Positions 21,469-30,348 of a stretch of 32,000 bases of DNA are shown here, piece after piece. The notes under the pieces are model-generated. The model saw only the letters and a list, made by a program, of their open reading frames with translations, was not told the DNA's origin and did no database searches. Every line of letters begins with the position of its first letter. The first letter of the stretch is position 1. Source of the stretch: Acholeplasma laidlawii PG-8A (GTDB lineage: Bacteria > Bacillota_I > Bacilli_A > Acholeplasmatales > Acholeplasmataceae); the NCBI RefSeq assembly GCF_000018785.1, contig NC_010163.1, positions 570,001 through 602,000 of the forward strand, written 5' to 3'. Position numbers and translations under genes: made by a program.

Positions 21469-22653
21469 ATGTTTATGTTTAGAGGGACTTGCAGAAACTA
21501 AGATTCTGATATATTCAATATCATAGTGTTTAAATACTGGATGAGATTTAATCGCATCATAGATTTCTGGGTAATCAATTTCTTTAATGGTAGGATTATA
21601 TTCATCTTCATCCTTGATGACCATATGTAAATGTGAGTCATGATCATGGAAGGGATTGTCTAGACCTAAGTCGTAGTACTTCACACCATCTAGGTTAATT
21701 TTAATAATTAAGTTATTATCTAAGAAAAATTGTAAGTTGTTGTAAAGTGTTGAAATGTTGGTGTATCCTTTTTTAGATAATTCTTCATAAATTTCTTTAA
21801 ATGTTAAGTGACGATCTTTTAAGACTTCAAGTAAAGCTCTTCTAGCTTTTGTAAAACGTTTATTGGATTCAATTAATTTCTGAGGTTCATTGTAGTTTTC
21901 CTCCTTTAAATCTGAATGCTTGTTAAAATAATCACTCATAATTTGATGGACTTTATTTTTAGTCAGTGTGAGTGTTTGTTGTTTGGTTTCACCAAGAACA
22001 ACTTCAACAGGCTCTAATATATGTAAATGGATTCTAGGTTTTTTCTTGTAAAGTTTTTGAATAAAATTAGGATTTTTATAGACATAGACAAATGGTAATA
22101 TTTTAGCATCAGCATCTGCAGCAAATCTAAATGCACCACTCAAGAATTTTCTAATACCCACATGATATGGCTTAATAGATGCCTCAGGCATAACAAGTAC
22201 TGGTGTTTTTTTAGATAGTTCAGTTTTTAATTCATCTAAGAAGTGTACCATAAGTTCCTTAGTTTCAGGTATTGGAATTCCACCTGCAACACGCAGTATT
22301 TTTCCTACAAATGGTAGCCCTAAATTAGATTGAAGCATCGTTACATAAATCTTTCTAGGAAATATTAATGAACCAATCCATATGGCATCAAGTACATGCA
22401 CATGGTTTGACACAAGAATGAATCTTTCTTTTTTAAGATGTTTTAAGTTCTTTTTACCCTTAATTCTAAGACCTCTAAAAATAACTCCAAACACATAAAA
22501 GACCAGAACTTTAATCAATAATACTGTAAAAAATGATAATAACTTAAAAAAAGGATTATGATTAAAGAAATTATAATCTTTAGCTAATTTGACTTTTTTT
22601 ACGTTTTTAAGTAATTGAAAATCGTGATCTACTTTTTTGTTATTATCCGCCAT
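21463..22653 (-). CDS. PlsC-like 1-acyl-glycerol-3-phosphate acyltransferase fused to a C-terminal Fur/PerR-like domain
   Basis: N-terminal half: hydrophobic segment, NHVHVLDAIWIG (HX4D), AGGIPIPE, MPEASIKPYHVGIRKFLSGAFRFAADADAKILPF. C-terminal half: KRFTKARRALLEVLKDRHLTFKEIYEELSKKGYTNISTLYNNLQFFLDNNLIIKINLDGVKYYDLGLDNPFHDHDSHLHMVI, a Fur-family pattern. Confidence 0.85.
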   Translation of the reverse strand: MADNNKKVDHDFQLLKNVKKVKLAKDYNFFNHNPFFKLLSFFTVLLIKVLVFYVFGVIFRGLRIKGKKNLKHLKKERFILVSNHVHVLDAIWIGSLIFPRKIYVTMLQSNLGLPFVGKILRVAGGIPIPETKELMVHFLDELKTELSKKTPVLVMPEASIKPYHVGIRKFLSGAFRFAADADAKILPFVYVYKNPNFIQKLYKKKPRIHLHILEPVEVVLGETKQQTLTLTKNKVHQIMSDYFNKHSDLKEENYNEPQKLIESNKRFTKARRALLEVLKDRHLTFKEIYEELSKKGYTNISTLYNNLQFFLDNNLIIKINLDGVKYYDLGLDNPFHDHDSHLHMVIKDEDEYNPTIKEIDYPEIYDAIKSHPVFKHYDIEYIRILVSASPSKHKHK

Positions 22654-22688
22654 AGTGAACCATCTTTCTTAATTATAAAAATTATACC

Positions 22689-22706
22689 ATTATTTATATA
22701 AATAAT
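22689..22706. promoter_or_regulatory. 18-bp perfect palindrome in the promoter region of the acyltransferase-Fur gene
   Basis: ATTATTTAT|ATAAATAAT, adjacent to a minus-strand TATAAT (22686-22681). Confidence 0.45.
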
Positions 22707-22746
22707 CACACATTATGTGAACAAAAAACTAAATAGATAACCAAAT

Positions 22747-22764
22747 AGCACTATAGATAGTGCT
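22747..22764. promoter_or_regulatory. Operator-like inverted repeat upstream of nadD
   Basis: AGCACTAT-AG-ATAGTGCT, perfect 8-bp arms; TATAAT at 22773-22778 immediately downstream. Confidence 0.5.
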
Positions 22765-22805
22765 GTTGATGTTATAATACATAGTAGAAACGAAAGGATT
22801 TATAT

Positions 22806-23372
22806 ATGGTACTTGTCTATGGGGGAAGCTTTAACCCACCAACCATTGCTCATGAAGCAATTATACATAAATTACATGAAGAATTCAAACCTAAAAAAAT
22901 CTTAATTGTCCCAACAGGCAATTATTTTAGTTGGAAGACGGACCTAATTGACTTCGAACATCGTTTCAAGATGGTTGAACTTATGACGCAACATTTAGAT
23001 TATGTCGAAATCAGTAGACTAGAAAATACGAAAGCATTTTTAGGTTCCTATCATACCTTGAATGAACTAAGTAAACGCTATGATGATTTGTATTTTGTAG
23101 TAGGTGCAGACCATATAAAGACTTTAGATCAATGGAAAGATTATAAAAAGTTGATTGAAAACTATAAATTTATCTTGCTTACTAGAAATAACTATACTTT
23201 TGATGATGATTTACTCAGTAAGCTTGGTTTAAAGTATGAAAAAATGATGTTTCAAAGTGATATAAGTAGTTCTGAAATTAGAAAAAACTTAAATCAAAAT
23301 TTAGACAAATTAAACTTAAATGTAAAAACATATATTTTAGAAAATAAACTCTATGAAGAGGTGAAAGTATGA
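22806..23372 (+). CDS. nadD: Nicotinate-nucleotide adenylyltransferase
   Basis: VLVYGGSFNPPTIAHEAIIHKL, KILIVPTGNYFSWK, FVVGADHIKTLDQWKDYKKL, SDISSSEIRKNL. Confidence 0.92.
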   Translation: MVLVYGGSFNPPTIAHEAIIHKLHEEFKPKKILIVPTGNYFSWKTDLIDFEHRFKMVELMTQHLDYVEISRLENTKAFLGSYHTLNELSKRYDDLYFVVGADHIKTLDQWKDYKKLIENYKFILLTRNNYTFDDDLLSKLGLKYEKMMFQSDISSSEIRKNLNQNLDKLNLNVKTYILENKLYEEVKV

Positions 23373-25219
23373 CACAACACGGTATATTAAAAGTTTCACT
23401 TGCAAGTCCTGAAATCAAATTAGGTAATCCACTGCTCAATGTGGAACCTATTTTAAATATACTTAATCATGAATCCTCTGGGTTAGTTTTATTTCCTGAA
23501 CTATCATTAACTGGTTACACCTCAGGAGATTTATTTTTCCAATTAGATTACATCAATAAAACAAATGAAGCACTAAGTAAAATTATGAATGGAACAACTT
23601 ATCAAGGTGTGTACATATTAGGTATGCCTTTAAAAGTAGGGGATGCACTTTTTAATGTTGCAGTAGTTATTCAAAATAAGAAGATACTTGGTGTGATACC
23701 TAAGTATCACCTACCAAATTCAAAAGAGTTTAATGAAAAGCGCTGGTTCCAATCAGGTTTTAACTATGAGCTTGATACAGTGGAAGTACTTGGACAAACC
23801 GTCCCATTTGGTGATATGGTCTTTAAAGATGAATTACATGACATTGGATTTGGTGTAGAAATATGCCAAGATATGTGGGCGATTGAGACACCTGGAAATC
23901 ATTTAAGTCTAAGTGGTGCTCATCTGATTTTAAACTTATCGGCCTCACCTGAAACCATGGGTAAACAAACGGTTAGAAAACACACTGTATTAGATGCTTC
24001 AAGAAGACAGTTAAGTGGTTATTTATACACTGCTTCTGCATCATCAGAATCAACAATGGATGTCGTGTTTACACCACATAAGATAGCAGCTAGTTTGGGT
24101 AGTTTGATTATTGAATCTAGTCTATTAGATCCTAAAGAAGTTTTAAGAGTAGACATGGACATAGAAGCTATTCGCTATCAAAGAAGAATTGATTCTACCT
24201 TTAAAGATGAACAAAATGGCTATACACAATCAACAACTAAAGTTCATGTAGACTTTTTTACTAACAATGACTATGTATTTGAAAGACCTTTAAACAAAAC
24301 ACCATTCCTACCTAAAGTAGGCGATAAAGAAAGTTTACTGATTGCTAATCAAATACAAGTACAAGGTTTAGTTCAAAAAATCAAACATCTAGGAAAACCT
24401 AAGATTATTATTGGTATCTCAGGTGGTTTGGATAGTACACTTGCTTTATTAGTTGCTCATCAAGCAATTAAAAAACTAAATGGTGATGTTAAAGATATCA
24501 TCGGTGTTACTATGCCTAGTCAAGTAACCTCTAAAGGTTCTAAGACAGATGCCATCTTACTCATGGAAAAATTAGGTATCACAGCACTTGAAATTCCAAT
24601 TGAAGATCAAGTAAAACTTCATCTTGAAAGTTTAAATCATGGTGGTAGTACAGATATTACCTATGAAAATGCACAGGCTAGAATCCGTACACTCATATTA
24701 ATGAATCTATCAAACAAACACCAAGGATTTGTTTTAGGTACAGGTGACTTAAGCGAAATAGCGCTTGGTTGGATGACTTTTAATGGTGATCATATGAGTA
24801 TGTATAATGTCAATGCTGGTGTACCTAAAACACTTGTTCAAGCACTTGTTAAGCTGCACAGTGAACATAACTACCAAGATATTAAAGATATATTAATAAG
24901 TATTTTAAACCGACCAATCAGCCCAGAATTAAAAGAAAATCAAAAAACTGAGGATGTCATTGGTACATATGAAATTAATGATTTTATGCTGCATCATTTA
25001 TTAGAAAATGGTGCGAGTGAAGAAAAATTATCCTTCCTAGTTAGACACACATTTGGTCTATCTGTAGAAGCATCAGATCTTTATGCAAAAAGATTATTAA
25101 ACAGGTTTTATCAGTCACAGTTTAAGCGTCAAGTGATGCCTGAGGGACCAAAAGTGTTAAGGATAAGCTTATCACCTAGAGGTGATTTACGCTTACCTTC
25201 AGATATGAATAGAAAGTAG
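23369..25219 (+). CDS. nadE: Glutamine-dependent NAD+ synthetase (nitrilase-type amidase plus synthetase)
   Basis: LFPELSLTGYTSGDLF, C154-type EICQDMW, IIIGISGGLDSTLALLVA PP-loop, GTGDLSEIALGWMTFNGDHMSMYNVNAGVPKT; ATGA overlap with nadD. Confidence 0.96.
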   Translation: MTQHGILKVSLASPEIKLGNPLLNVEPILNILNHESSGLVLFPELSLTGYTSGDLFFQLDYINKTNEALSKIMNGTTYQGVYILGMPLKVGDALFNVAVVIQNKKILGVIPKYHLPNSKEFNEKRWFQSGFNYELDTVEVLGQTVPFGDMVFKDELHDIGFGVEICQDMWAIETPGNHLSLSGAHLILNLSASPETMGKQTVRKHTVLDASRRQLSGYLYTASASSESTMDVVFTPHKIAASLGSLIIESSLLDPKEVLRVDMDIEAIRYQRRIDSTFKDEQNGYTQSTTKVHVDFFTNNDYVFERPLNKTPFLPKVGDKESLLIANQIQVQGLVQKIKHLGKPKIIIGISGGLDSTLALLVAHQAIKKLNGDVKDIIGVTMPSQVTSKGSKTDAILLMEKLGITALEIPIEDQVKLHLESLNHGGSTDITYENAQARIRTLILMNLSNKHQGFVLGTGDLSEIALGWMTFNGDHMSMYNVNAGVPKTLVQALVKLHSEHNYQDIKDILISILNRPISPELKENQKTEDVIGTYEINDFMLHHLLENGASEEKLSFLVRHTFGLSVEASDLYAKRLLNRFYQSQFKRQVMPEGPKVLRISLSPRGDLRLPSDMNRK

Positions 25220-25226
25220 TGTTATT

Positions 25227-26354
25227 TTGAAAAAGAAAGTATTAATCGGACTATCAGGCGGAGTCGACTCTTCAGTCGCTGCTTTGATACTGTTACAACA
25301 AGGCTATGATGTAGAAGCGGTATTCATGCGTAATTGGGATTCAGCAACAAATATGGATTTTAGAGGCAACCCAACGTTATATGATGAAACATGTGAACAA
25401 GAAAAAGATTACCAAGATGCATTAAAAGTAGCAAATAAATTGGGTATTAAATTACATAGAGTAGATTTTATTCATGAATACTGGGATCGTGTTTTTTCAT
25501 ATTTCATTGATGAATATGAAAAGAATAGAACACCAAATCCTGACGTATTATGTAATAATGAAATAAAATTTAAAGCATTTATCGATTATAGTGAAAAGTT
25601 TAAACCAGACTATATTGCAATGGGTCACTATGCTCAAATTGATCATACAGGTGATGAACCAAAACTAATTAGAGCAGTAGATTCTAATAAAGATCAAACA
25701 TACTTTTTAAGTCAACTTAAAACAGAACAATTAAGAAATGTCTTATTCCCAATTGGTAATTTACCAAAGAGTGAAGTTAGAAGAATTGCTAAAGAGCATG
25801 ATCTAGCTACAGCTGATAAAAAAGACTCTACCGGTATTTGTTTTATTGGTGAACGTCATTTTAATGAATTCTTACTAAACTACCTACCTGCAAAAGAAGG
25901 CGATATGAGACGTTTAGATGGCACTTTTATTAAACGTCACTTTGGTTTAATGAACTATACAATTGGTCAAAGAAAAGGCTTAGGTATCGGTGGTACAACC
26001 GATACAACAGATGCTTGGTTTGTTGTAGGTAAAGACTTATCTACAAACACACTGTATGTTGAACCAGGTTTTGAGCATCCTTATTTATATTCAGATGAAG
26101 CATTAATTACTGAAGTTAAGTGGCGTGGAGCAAAAAGAGATGGTAAATTTACAGCGAAATTCAGATATCGCCAAGAAGACCAAGATGTTGAAATTAAATG
26201 GATTGATGACGAAACATTTAAAGTCTTTTATCCTCAAAAAATACGTGCAGTAACACCGGGTCAAGTGTGTGCGATTTATGAAGATGAAGTGTGTGTTGGT
26301 TCAGGATTTATTTCAGTAGTATACAATGAAGGGGAAAAAAGATTATATAGCTAA
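25227..26354 (+). CDS. mnmA: tRNA-specific 2-thiouridylase MnmA (TTG start)
   Basis: KKVLIGLSGGVDSSVAALILLQQGYDVEAVFMRNWD, TPNPDVLCNNEIKFKAF, MGHYAQ, DSTGICFIGERHFNEFL, NYTIGQRKGLGIGG. Confidence 0.97.
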   Translation: MKKKVLIGLSGGVDSSVAALILLQQGYDVEAVFMRNWDSATNMDFRGNPTLYDETCEQEKDYQDALKVANKLGIKLHRVDFIHEYWDRVFSYFIDEYEKNRTPNPDVLCNNEIKFKAFIDYSEKFKPDYIAMGHYAQIDHTGDEPKLIRAVDSNKDQTYFLSQLKTEQLRNVLFPIGNLPKSEVRRIAKEHDLATADKKDSTGICFIGERHFNEFLLNYLPAKEGDMRRLDGTFIKRHFGLMNYTIGQRKGLGIGGTTDTTDAWFVVGKDLSTNTLYVEPGFEHPYLYSDEALITEVKWRGAKRDGKFTAKFRYRQEDQDVEIKWIDDETFKVFYPQKIRAVTPGQVCAIYEDEVCVGSGFISVVYNEGEKRLYS

Positions 26355-28603
26355 TGGAAATTAAAGTAAGAGGATTCATCAAATCCTATGTTTTTAAAAA
26401 TGAATCTAATGGCTATACGATTGCTAAACTAGAAACCAATGATAAAGAGTTAATCTCTATTGTTGGTTATTTTCCTTTATTAAGTGAAGAATTAGAATAC
26501 GAGTTTACTGGTGAAGAGACCATACACCCTAAATTTGGGCGTCAACTGACAGTTAAAAGTTATGAAAGATTAGAAAACACTTCAGAATCAGGTTTAGTCA
26601 GATACTTATCCAGTGATAATTTTTCTGGTATTGGACCGGTTACAGCTGAAAAAATAGTCAGTTTATTAGGCACAGATGCCATAGAAAAAATAATCACTGA
26701 TGAAAATGTATTAAGTCCAATTTTAAATCCAATCAAGCGAAATAGACTCAAAAAAGAATTAATTAGTCACCAAGCTGAACAACGTATTTTTGTTAAACTT
26801 TTAGATTTAGGTCTAACTACCCGTATATCTGCTAAATTGTTTAGCAATTATGGCAGTCAAACCTTAGAAAAGTTAGAAGAAGATCCTTATCGACTGATGT
26901 ATGAAATTGATGGATTTGGGTTTATAAAATCAAGAGATATCGCTGAAAAATTTGGTATTTCAAAAACGGATATTAGAACTTTAAAAGCTGCATTAGTTTA
27001 TGCACTCATAACTACATCTAATAGTGAGGGTAACCTCTACTTATTTGAAGAAGAACTGATGAGTAGAGTATCTAGAGTCATTGATGTAGATGCTGATTTT
27101 AAACCAGCGATTGATGAACTCATTAAAGAAAATAAATTAGTATTAGAAGATGATAAGTACTTCTTAAAACAAATCTATAGAGATGAAATTGATATTGCAA
27201 AACGCATTAAAGAGTTAAAAACATATCCACTTGATCATGTGGATACTGAACTATTAGAGTTGATGTTATCTCAGATCTCTATACAAAAATCTATTGATTA
27301 TACAGAAAAACAAAGACAAGCTATTATTACAGCAATGCAAAATCCACTCACTGTTATTACTGGTGGACCAGGTACTGGTAAAACGACCTTAATTGATGGG
27401 TTCTTAGAGTTATATGCTAAATATTTTAAAATTAACTTAAAATCTAAAGATGCAACCAATGAGATTGCACTTATGGCACCAACAGGACGTGCATCTAAAC
27501 GTATGAGAGAATTACTTGATTTTCCTGCACGTACGATTCACTCACATTTAGGATTTGATTTTGATCAGTCATTTAAGTCCAATAAAGTTCAACCACTGGT
27601 TCAAAATCTTATTATCATCGATGAAGCATCGATGATAGATATCTACTTAATGAAAAGACTCCTAAATAGCATTATAGATGGTACTAGAGTCGTTATTGTG
27701 GGTGATGAAGATCAACTACCAAGTGTTGGTCCGGGCTACGTTTTAGGTGATTTAATTAGTTCTAATGTTGTACCAGTGATAAGACTTAATGAAATACATA
27801 GACAAGCTAAGGATTCTCATATTGTAAAACTAGCATCCTCTATTAATAATCAAAATTTAAGTCAAGAAGATTTAATTAGTCATAATGACGTGACCTTTTA
27901 TAGTGGTACTGGTGAAGATATTAAAAGAGTAATCATTAATCAAATTGGTGGCGCCATGAAAAAAGGCTATGATTTAATTAATGACATTCAAGTTTTAATA
28001 CCTCAATATAAAGGTGACTTAGGTATTGATACAATGAACTTAGAAATACAAGCTAAGTTTAATCCAAATTATAATCAACCACCATTTATGAAGTTTGGCG
28101 ATAAAACCTACTACATAGGTGATAAAGTCATCCAACTTCAAAATGATAAAGACAAAGAAATCATGAATGGTGATATTGGTGTAGTTAAAGCGATACGTAA
28201 AAACGATAAAAATCAAAAGATTTTACAAGTAGATTTTGATGGTTTATTAGTGAATTACGATCAAAATGAACTAGATACCTTAAACCTCGCTTATGTCATT
28301 TCAATTCATAAGTCACAAGGTTCAGAATATCAAGTAGTTTTCCTACCGATTATTAAAAGTTATTTACATATGCTAAAAAAAGAACTTATATATACCGCGA
28401 TTACACGTGCAAAATCACATCTATTAGTATTAGGAGATTTAAGATTACTTCAATACGCATCGAATCAGTTAGTTGAAAAAAGACATACGATGCTTAAAGA
28501 ACGACTTACACATGATGAAGTATCATTCAACTTATTTGATCAATTAAGTGAAGAAGATGATTTAGATGAAACTAAAGATTTAAGTCCATGGGACTTTATG
28601 TAG
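26354..28603 (+). CDS. recD2: RecD2/YrrC-like ATP-dependent DNA helicase
   Basis: N-terminal OB-like region plus HhH segment, VITGGPGTGKTTLIDGFL, IIDEASMIDIYLMKRLL, VGDEDQLPSVGPGYVL, AYVISIHKSQGSEYQVVFLP, YTAITRAKSHLLVLGD. Confidence 0.96.
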   Translation: MEIKVRGFIKSYVFKNESNGYTIAKLETNDKELISIVGYFPLLSEELEYEFTGEETIHPKFGRQLTVKSYERLENTSESGLVRYLSSDNFSGIGPVTAEKIVSLLGTDAIEKIITDENVLSPILNPIKRNRLKKELISHQAEQRIFVKLLDLGLTTRISAKLFSNYGSQTLEKLEEDPYRLMYEIDGFGFIKSRDIAEKFGISKTDIRTLKAALVYALITTSNSEGNLYLFEEELMSRVSRVIDVDADFKPAIDELIKENKLVLEDDKYFLKQIYRDEIDIAKRIKELKTYPLDHVDTELLELMLSQISIQKSIDYTEKQRQAIITAMQNPLTVITGGPGTGKTTLIDGFLELYAKYFKINLKSKDATNEIALMAPTGRASKRMRELLDFPARTIHSHLGFDFDQSFKSNKVQPLVQNLIIIDEASMIDIYLMKRLLNSIIDGTRVVIVGDEDQLPSVGPGYVLGDLISSNVVPVIRLNEIHRQAKDSHIVKLASSINNQNLSQEDLISHNDVTFYSGTGEDIKRVIINQIGGAMKKGYDLINDIQVLIPQYKGDLGIDTMNLEIQAKFNPNYNQPPFMKFGDKTYYIGDKVIQLQNDKDKEIMNGDIGVVKAIRKNDKNQKILQVDFDGLLVNYDQNELDTLNLAYVISIHKSQGSEYQVVFLPIIKSYLHMLKKELIYTAITRAKSHLLVLGDLRLLQYASNQLVEKRHTMLKERLTHDEVSFNLFDQLSEEDDLDETKDLSPWDFM

Positions 28604-28611
28604 ACTAAATA

Positions 28612-28654
28612 AAAAGCCTTAAAGATTATACAAAATGTAATCTTTAAGGCTTTT
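28612..28654. terminator. Bidirectional terminator between recD2 and the esterase gene
   Basis: 17-bp stem AAAAGCCTTAAAGATTA (28612-28628) / TAATCTTTAAGGCTTTT (28638-28654). Confidence 0.9.
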
Positions 28655-28658
28655 ATCT

Positions 28659-29402
28659 TTAAAATCTAGGCATCGTTTTCTTTTTAGAGAAGATCCAATC
28701 AATTAGACCAGGTTCTTCATAAGCTTTTCTCCATACACCGTGTCCTGTATCATTAAACTCTGTATACATGACATCTGCACCGATTTTTGTAAGTTCCTCA
28801 TATCCTGTTTTAAATGGTGTGTAATCAACCACAGGATCATCAGAAGAGTGGAATAACCATAATGGTGTACGTTTTAAACGTTTGACTTGAGATAAGTCCA
28901 TCGTGCCACAAATAGATAAACAAGCAGCAAATTTCCCAGGGAATCTTGTAACAAAGTCAATCGCGCCAGCACCACCCATAGAAATACCAGAGATGTAAAC
29001 AAATTGGTTATCTACTTTATAACGACGTTCTAATTCTTTATCTAAAAAGTCATTAAATAATGCTTGAATTGGTGAAACAGGGTTTGTATCATAGACATAA
29101 GTGCCTTGTTTCACATCTTCAACAGGTACCCAAGCTTGATCTTCAGGTACTTGAGGGGCAATGATGATTGTTTCTTTACCATATATTGGGTGATCTATTA
29201 TATAGTTTAATAGTTGTGCGTGGTGTTGAATTTGAAGTAAATTATCACTACCTCTTTCACCACTACCATGTAAGTAAATGAAAACCTTATATTTTCTACG
29301 TTTTACTTTAGGTATATAGACACGATAACGTAGTACCTCATCATTGATTTCTTGGTTTTCATATGTTTCAACTGTCATATAATTTGTAAGATTGATTTCC
29401 AT
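28659..29402 (-). CDS. Alpha/beta hydrolase, predicted carboxylesterase/phospholipase
   Basis: VFIYLHGSGERGSDN, VYISGISMGGAGAIDFVTRFP (GxSxGG), LWLFHSSDDPVVDY, NDTGHGVWRKAY. Confidence 0.88.
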   Translation of the reverse strand: MEINLTNYMTVETYENQEINDEVLRYRVYIPKVKRRKYKVFIYLHGSGERGSDNLLQIQHHAQLLNYIIDHPIYGKETIIIAPQVPEDQAWVPVEDVKQGTYVYDTNPVSPIQALFNDFLDKELERRYKVDNQFVYISGISMGGAGAIDFVTRFPGKFAACLSICGTMDLSQVKRLKRTPLWLFHSSDDPVVDYTPFKTGYEELTKIGADVMYTEFNDTGHGVWRKAYEEPGLIDWIFSKKKTMPRF

Positions 29403-30209
29403 TTAGTACACTCCTAATATTTTTATATTTAACTGATTATCAGATGCTAGTCTCGTGGTTAACGCCGATAATTGATCGAGTTTTGTATTAATTTCTAAGA
29501 AGAAATGATAGGGACTCGTTTTATCGGTTTTTGGTCTTGAAATAATTGAACTCAAATTTATGTTTAAGTTTTTAAAATGTTGTAATAAATTGTAGAGTAA
29601 CCCAACCTCGTCTTTTTTAGGTTGGATAGATAATAGTGCCTTAAGATGCTCTTTATCTTTTGGCATGGTTGGATGCTTTTCAATAAATGCAAATCTCGTG
29701 TGATTTAACTCATCATCATGAATGTTATGAATGGTGAGTAAGAAGTGCCTGTCAATTAAGTGCTTTGGTATAATTGCTGCACTACTTTTTTCATGTGTTA
29801 ATAGTTTATTTAAACTCTCTGAATTAGAATCTGTAATAATATACTTTACTTTAGGTAAGGATTCTAGAAAGTTTAGACATTGGTTTTTAGCTTTAAACTG
29901 TACATAGATGGTATCCACTAAATCTAAGGACACCTCATTTGTAACTAAACTAAAGTCTACCGGTAGTTCATTAACGTGTGTAATGAAGTAGTCATACTTA
30001 TAGATTAAATCAAGAGTTCTTTGGATGTAACCATCAATTGCATTTTCTATAGGTAATACTAAGTAGTCAGCACCTAAAAGGGCTTTAAAGGCGCTATCAA
30101 TGCTATGCTCATAACTTATATCGACATCTAAATTAAGTTCTTTAATAAACTTTGTTGATGAAAGACTAGAGAAATTTAAGTGTGAACCGAGTGTTATAAG
30201 TTTTGCCAT
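29403..30209 (-). CDS. Prephenate dehydratase-like protein with C-terminal ACT domain
   Basis: ADYLVLPIENAIDGYIQRTLDLI, NHTRFAFIEK (TRF motif), ACT-like EVGLLYNLLQHFKNLNINLSSIISRP...YHFFLEI. ATG at 30209 (MAKLITLGSH) is preferred to the track start 30218. Confidence 0.75.
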   Translation of the reverse strand: MAKLITLGSHLNFSSLSSTKFIKELNLDVDISYEHSIDSAFKALLGADYLVLPIENAIDGYIQRTLDLIYKYDYFITHVNELPVDFSLVTNEVSLDLVDTIYVQFKAKNQCLNFLESLPKVKYIITDSNSESLNKLLTHEKSSAAIIPKHLIDRHFLLTIHNIHDDELNHTRFAFIEKHPTMPKDKEHLKALLSIQPKKDEVGLLYNLLQHFKNLNINLSSIISRPKTDKTSPYHFFLEINTKLDQLSALTTRLASDNQLNIKILGVY

Positions 30210-30301
30210 AGCTATCATTTTCCTGTTGTGTAGTCGTGAATTTGTGTTAAATTCTTATATATTATACCACAATTTGCCTAAAAATGCATATTGATGGAAA
30301 T

Positions 30302-30319
30302 TATTTCGAATTCGAAATA
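30302..30319. promoter_or_regulatory. MhqR-like operator palindrome
   Basis: TATTTCGAATTCGAAATA, perfect 18-bp palindrome overlapping a TATAAT -10 (30318-30323). Confidence 0.65.
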
Positions 30320-30348
30320 TAATGTAACCATGAAAAGAGGTAATGTAT

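Noticed and set aside
22706-22720. TCACA-CATTA-TGTGA dyad near the acyltransferase-Fur promoter as a CRP/FNR-like site
   Set aside because: Only 5-bp arms, and no spacing or regulator evidence; not distinguishable from chance in AT-rich intergenic DNA.
22747-22764. Possible third CIRCE from AGCACT...AGTGCT
   Set aside because: The spacer between the arms is 2 nt instead of 9, and the outer TTA/TAA positions do not fit; listed instead as an unidentified inverted repeat.
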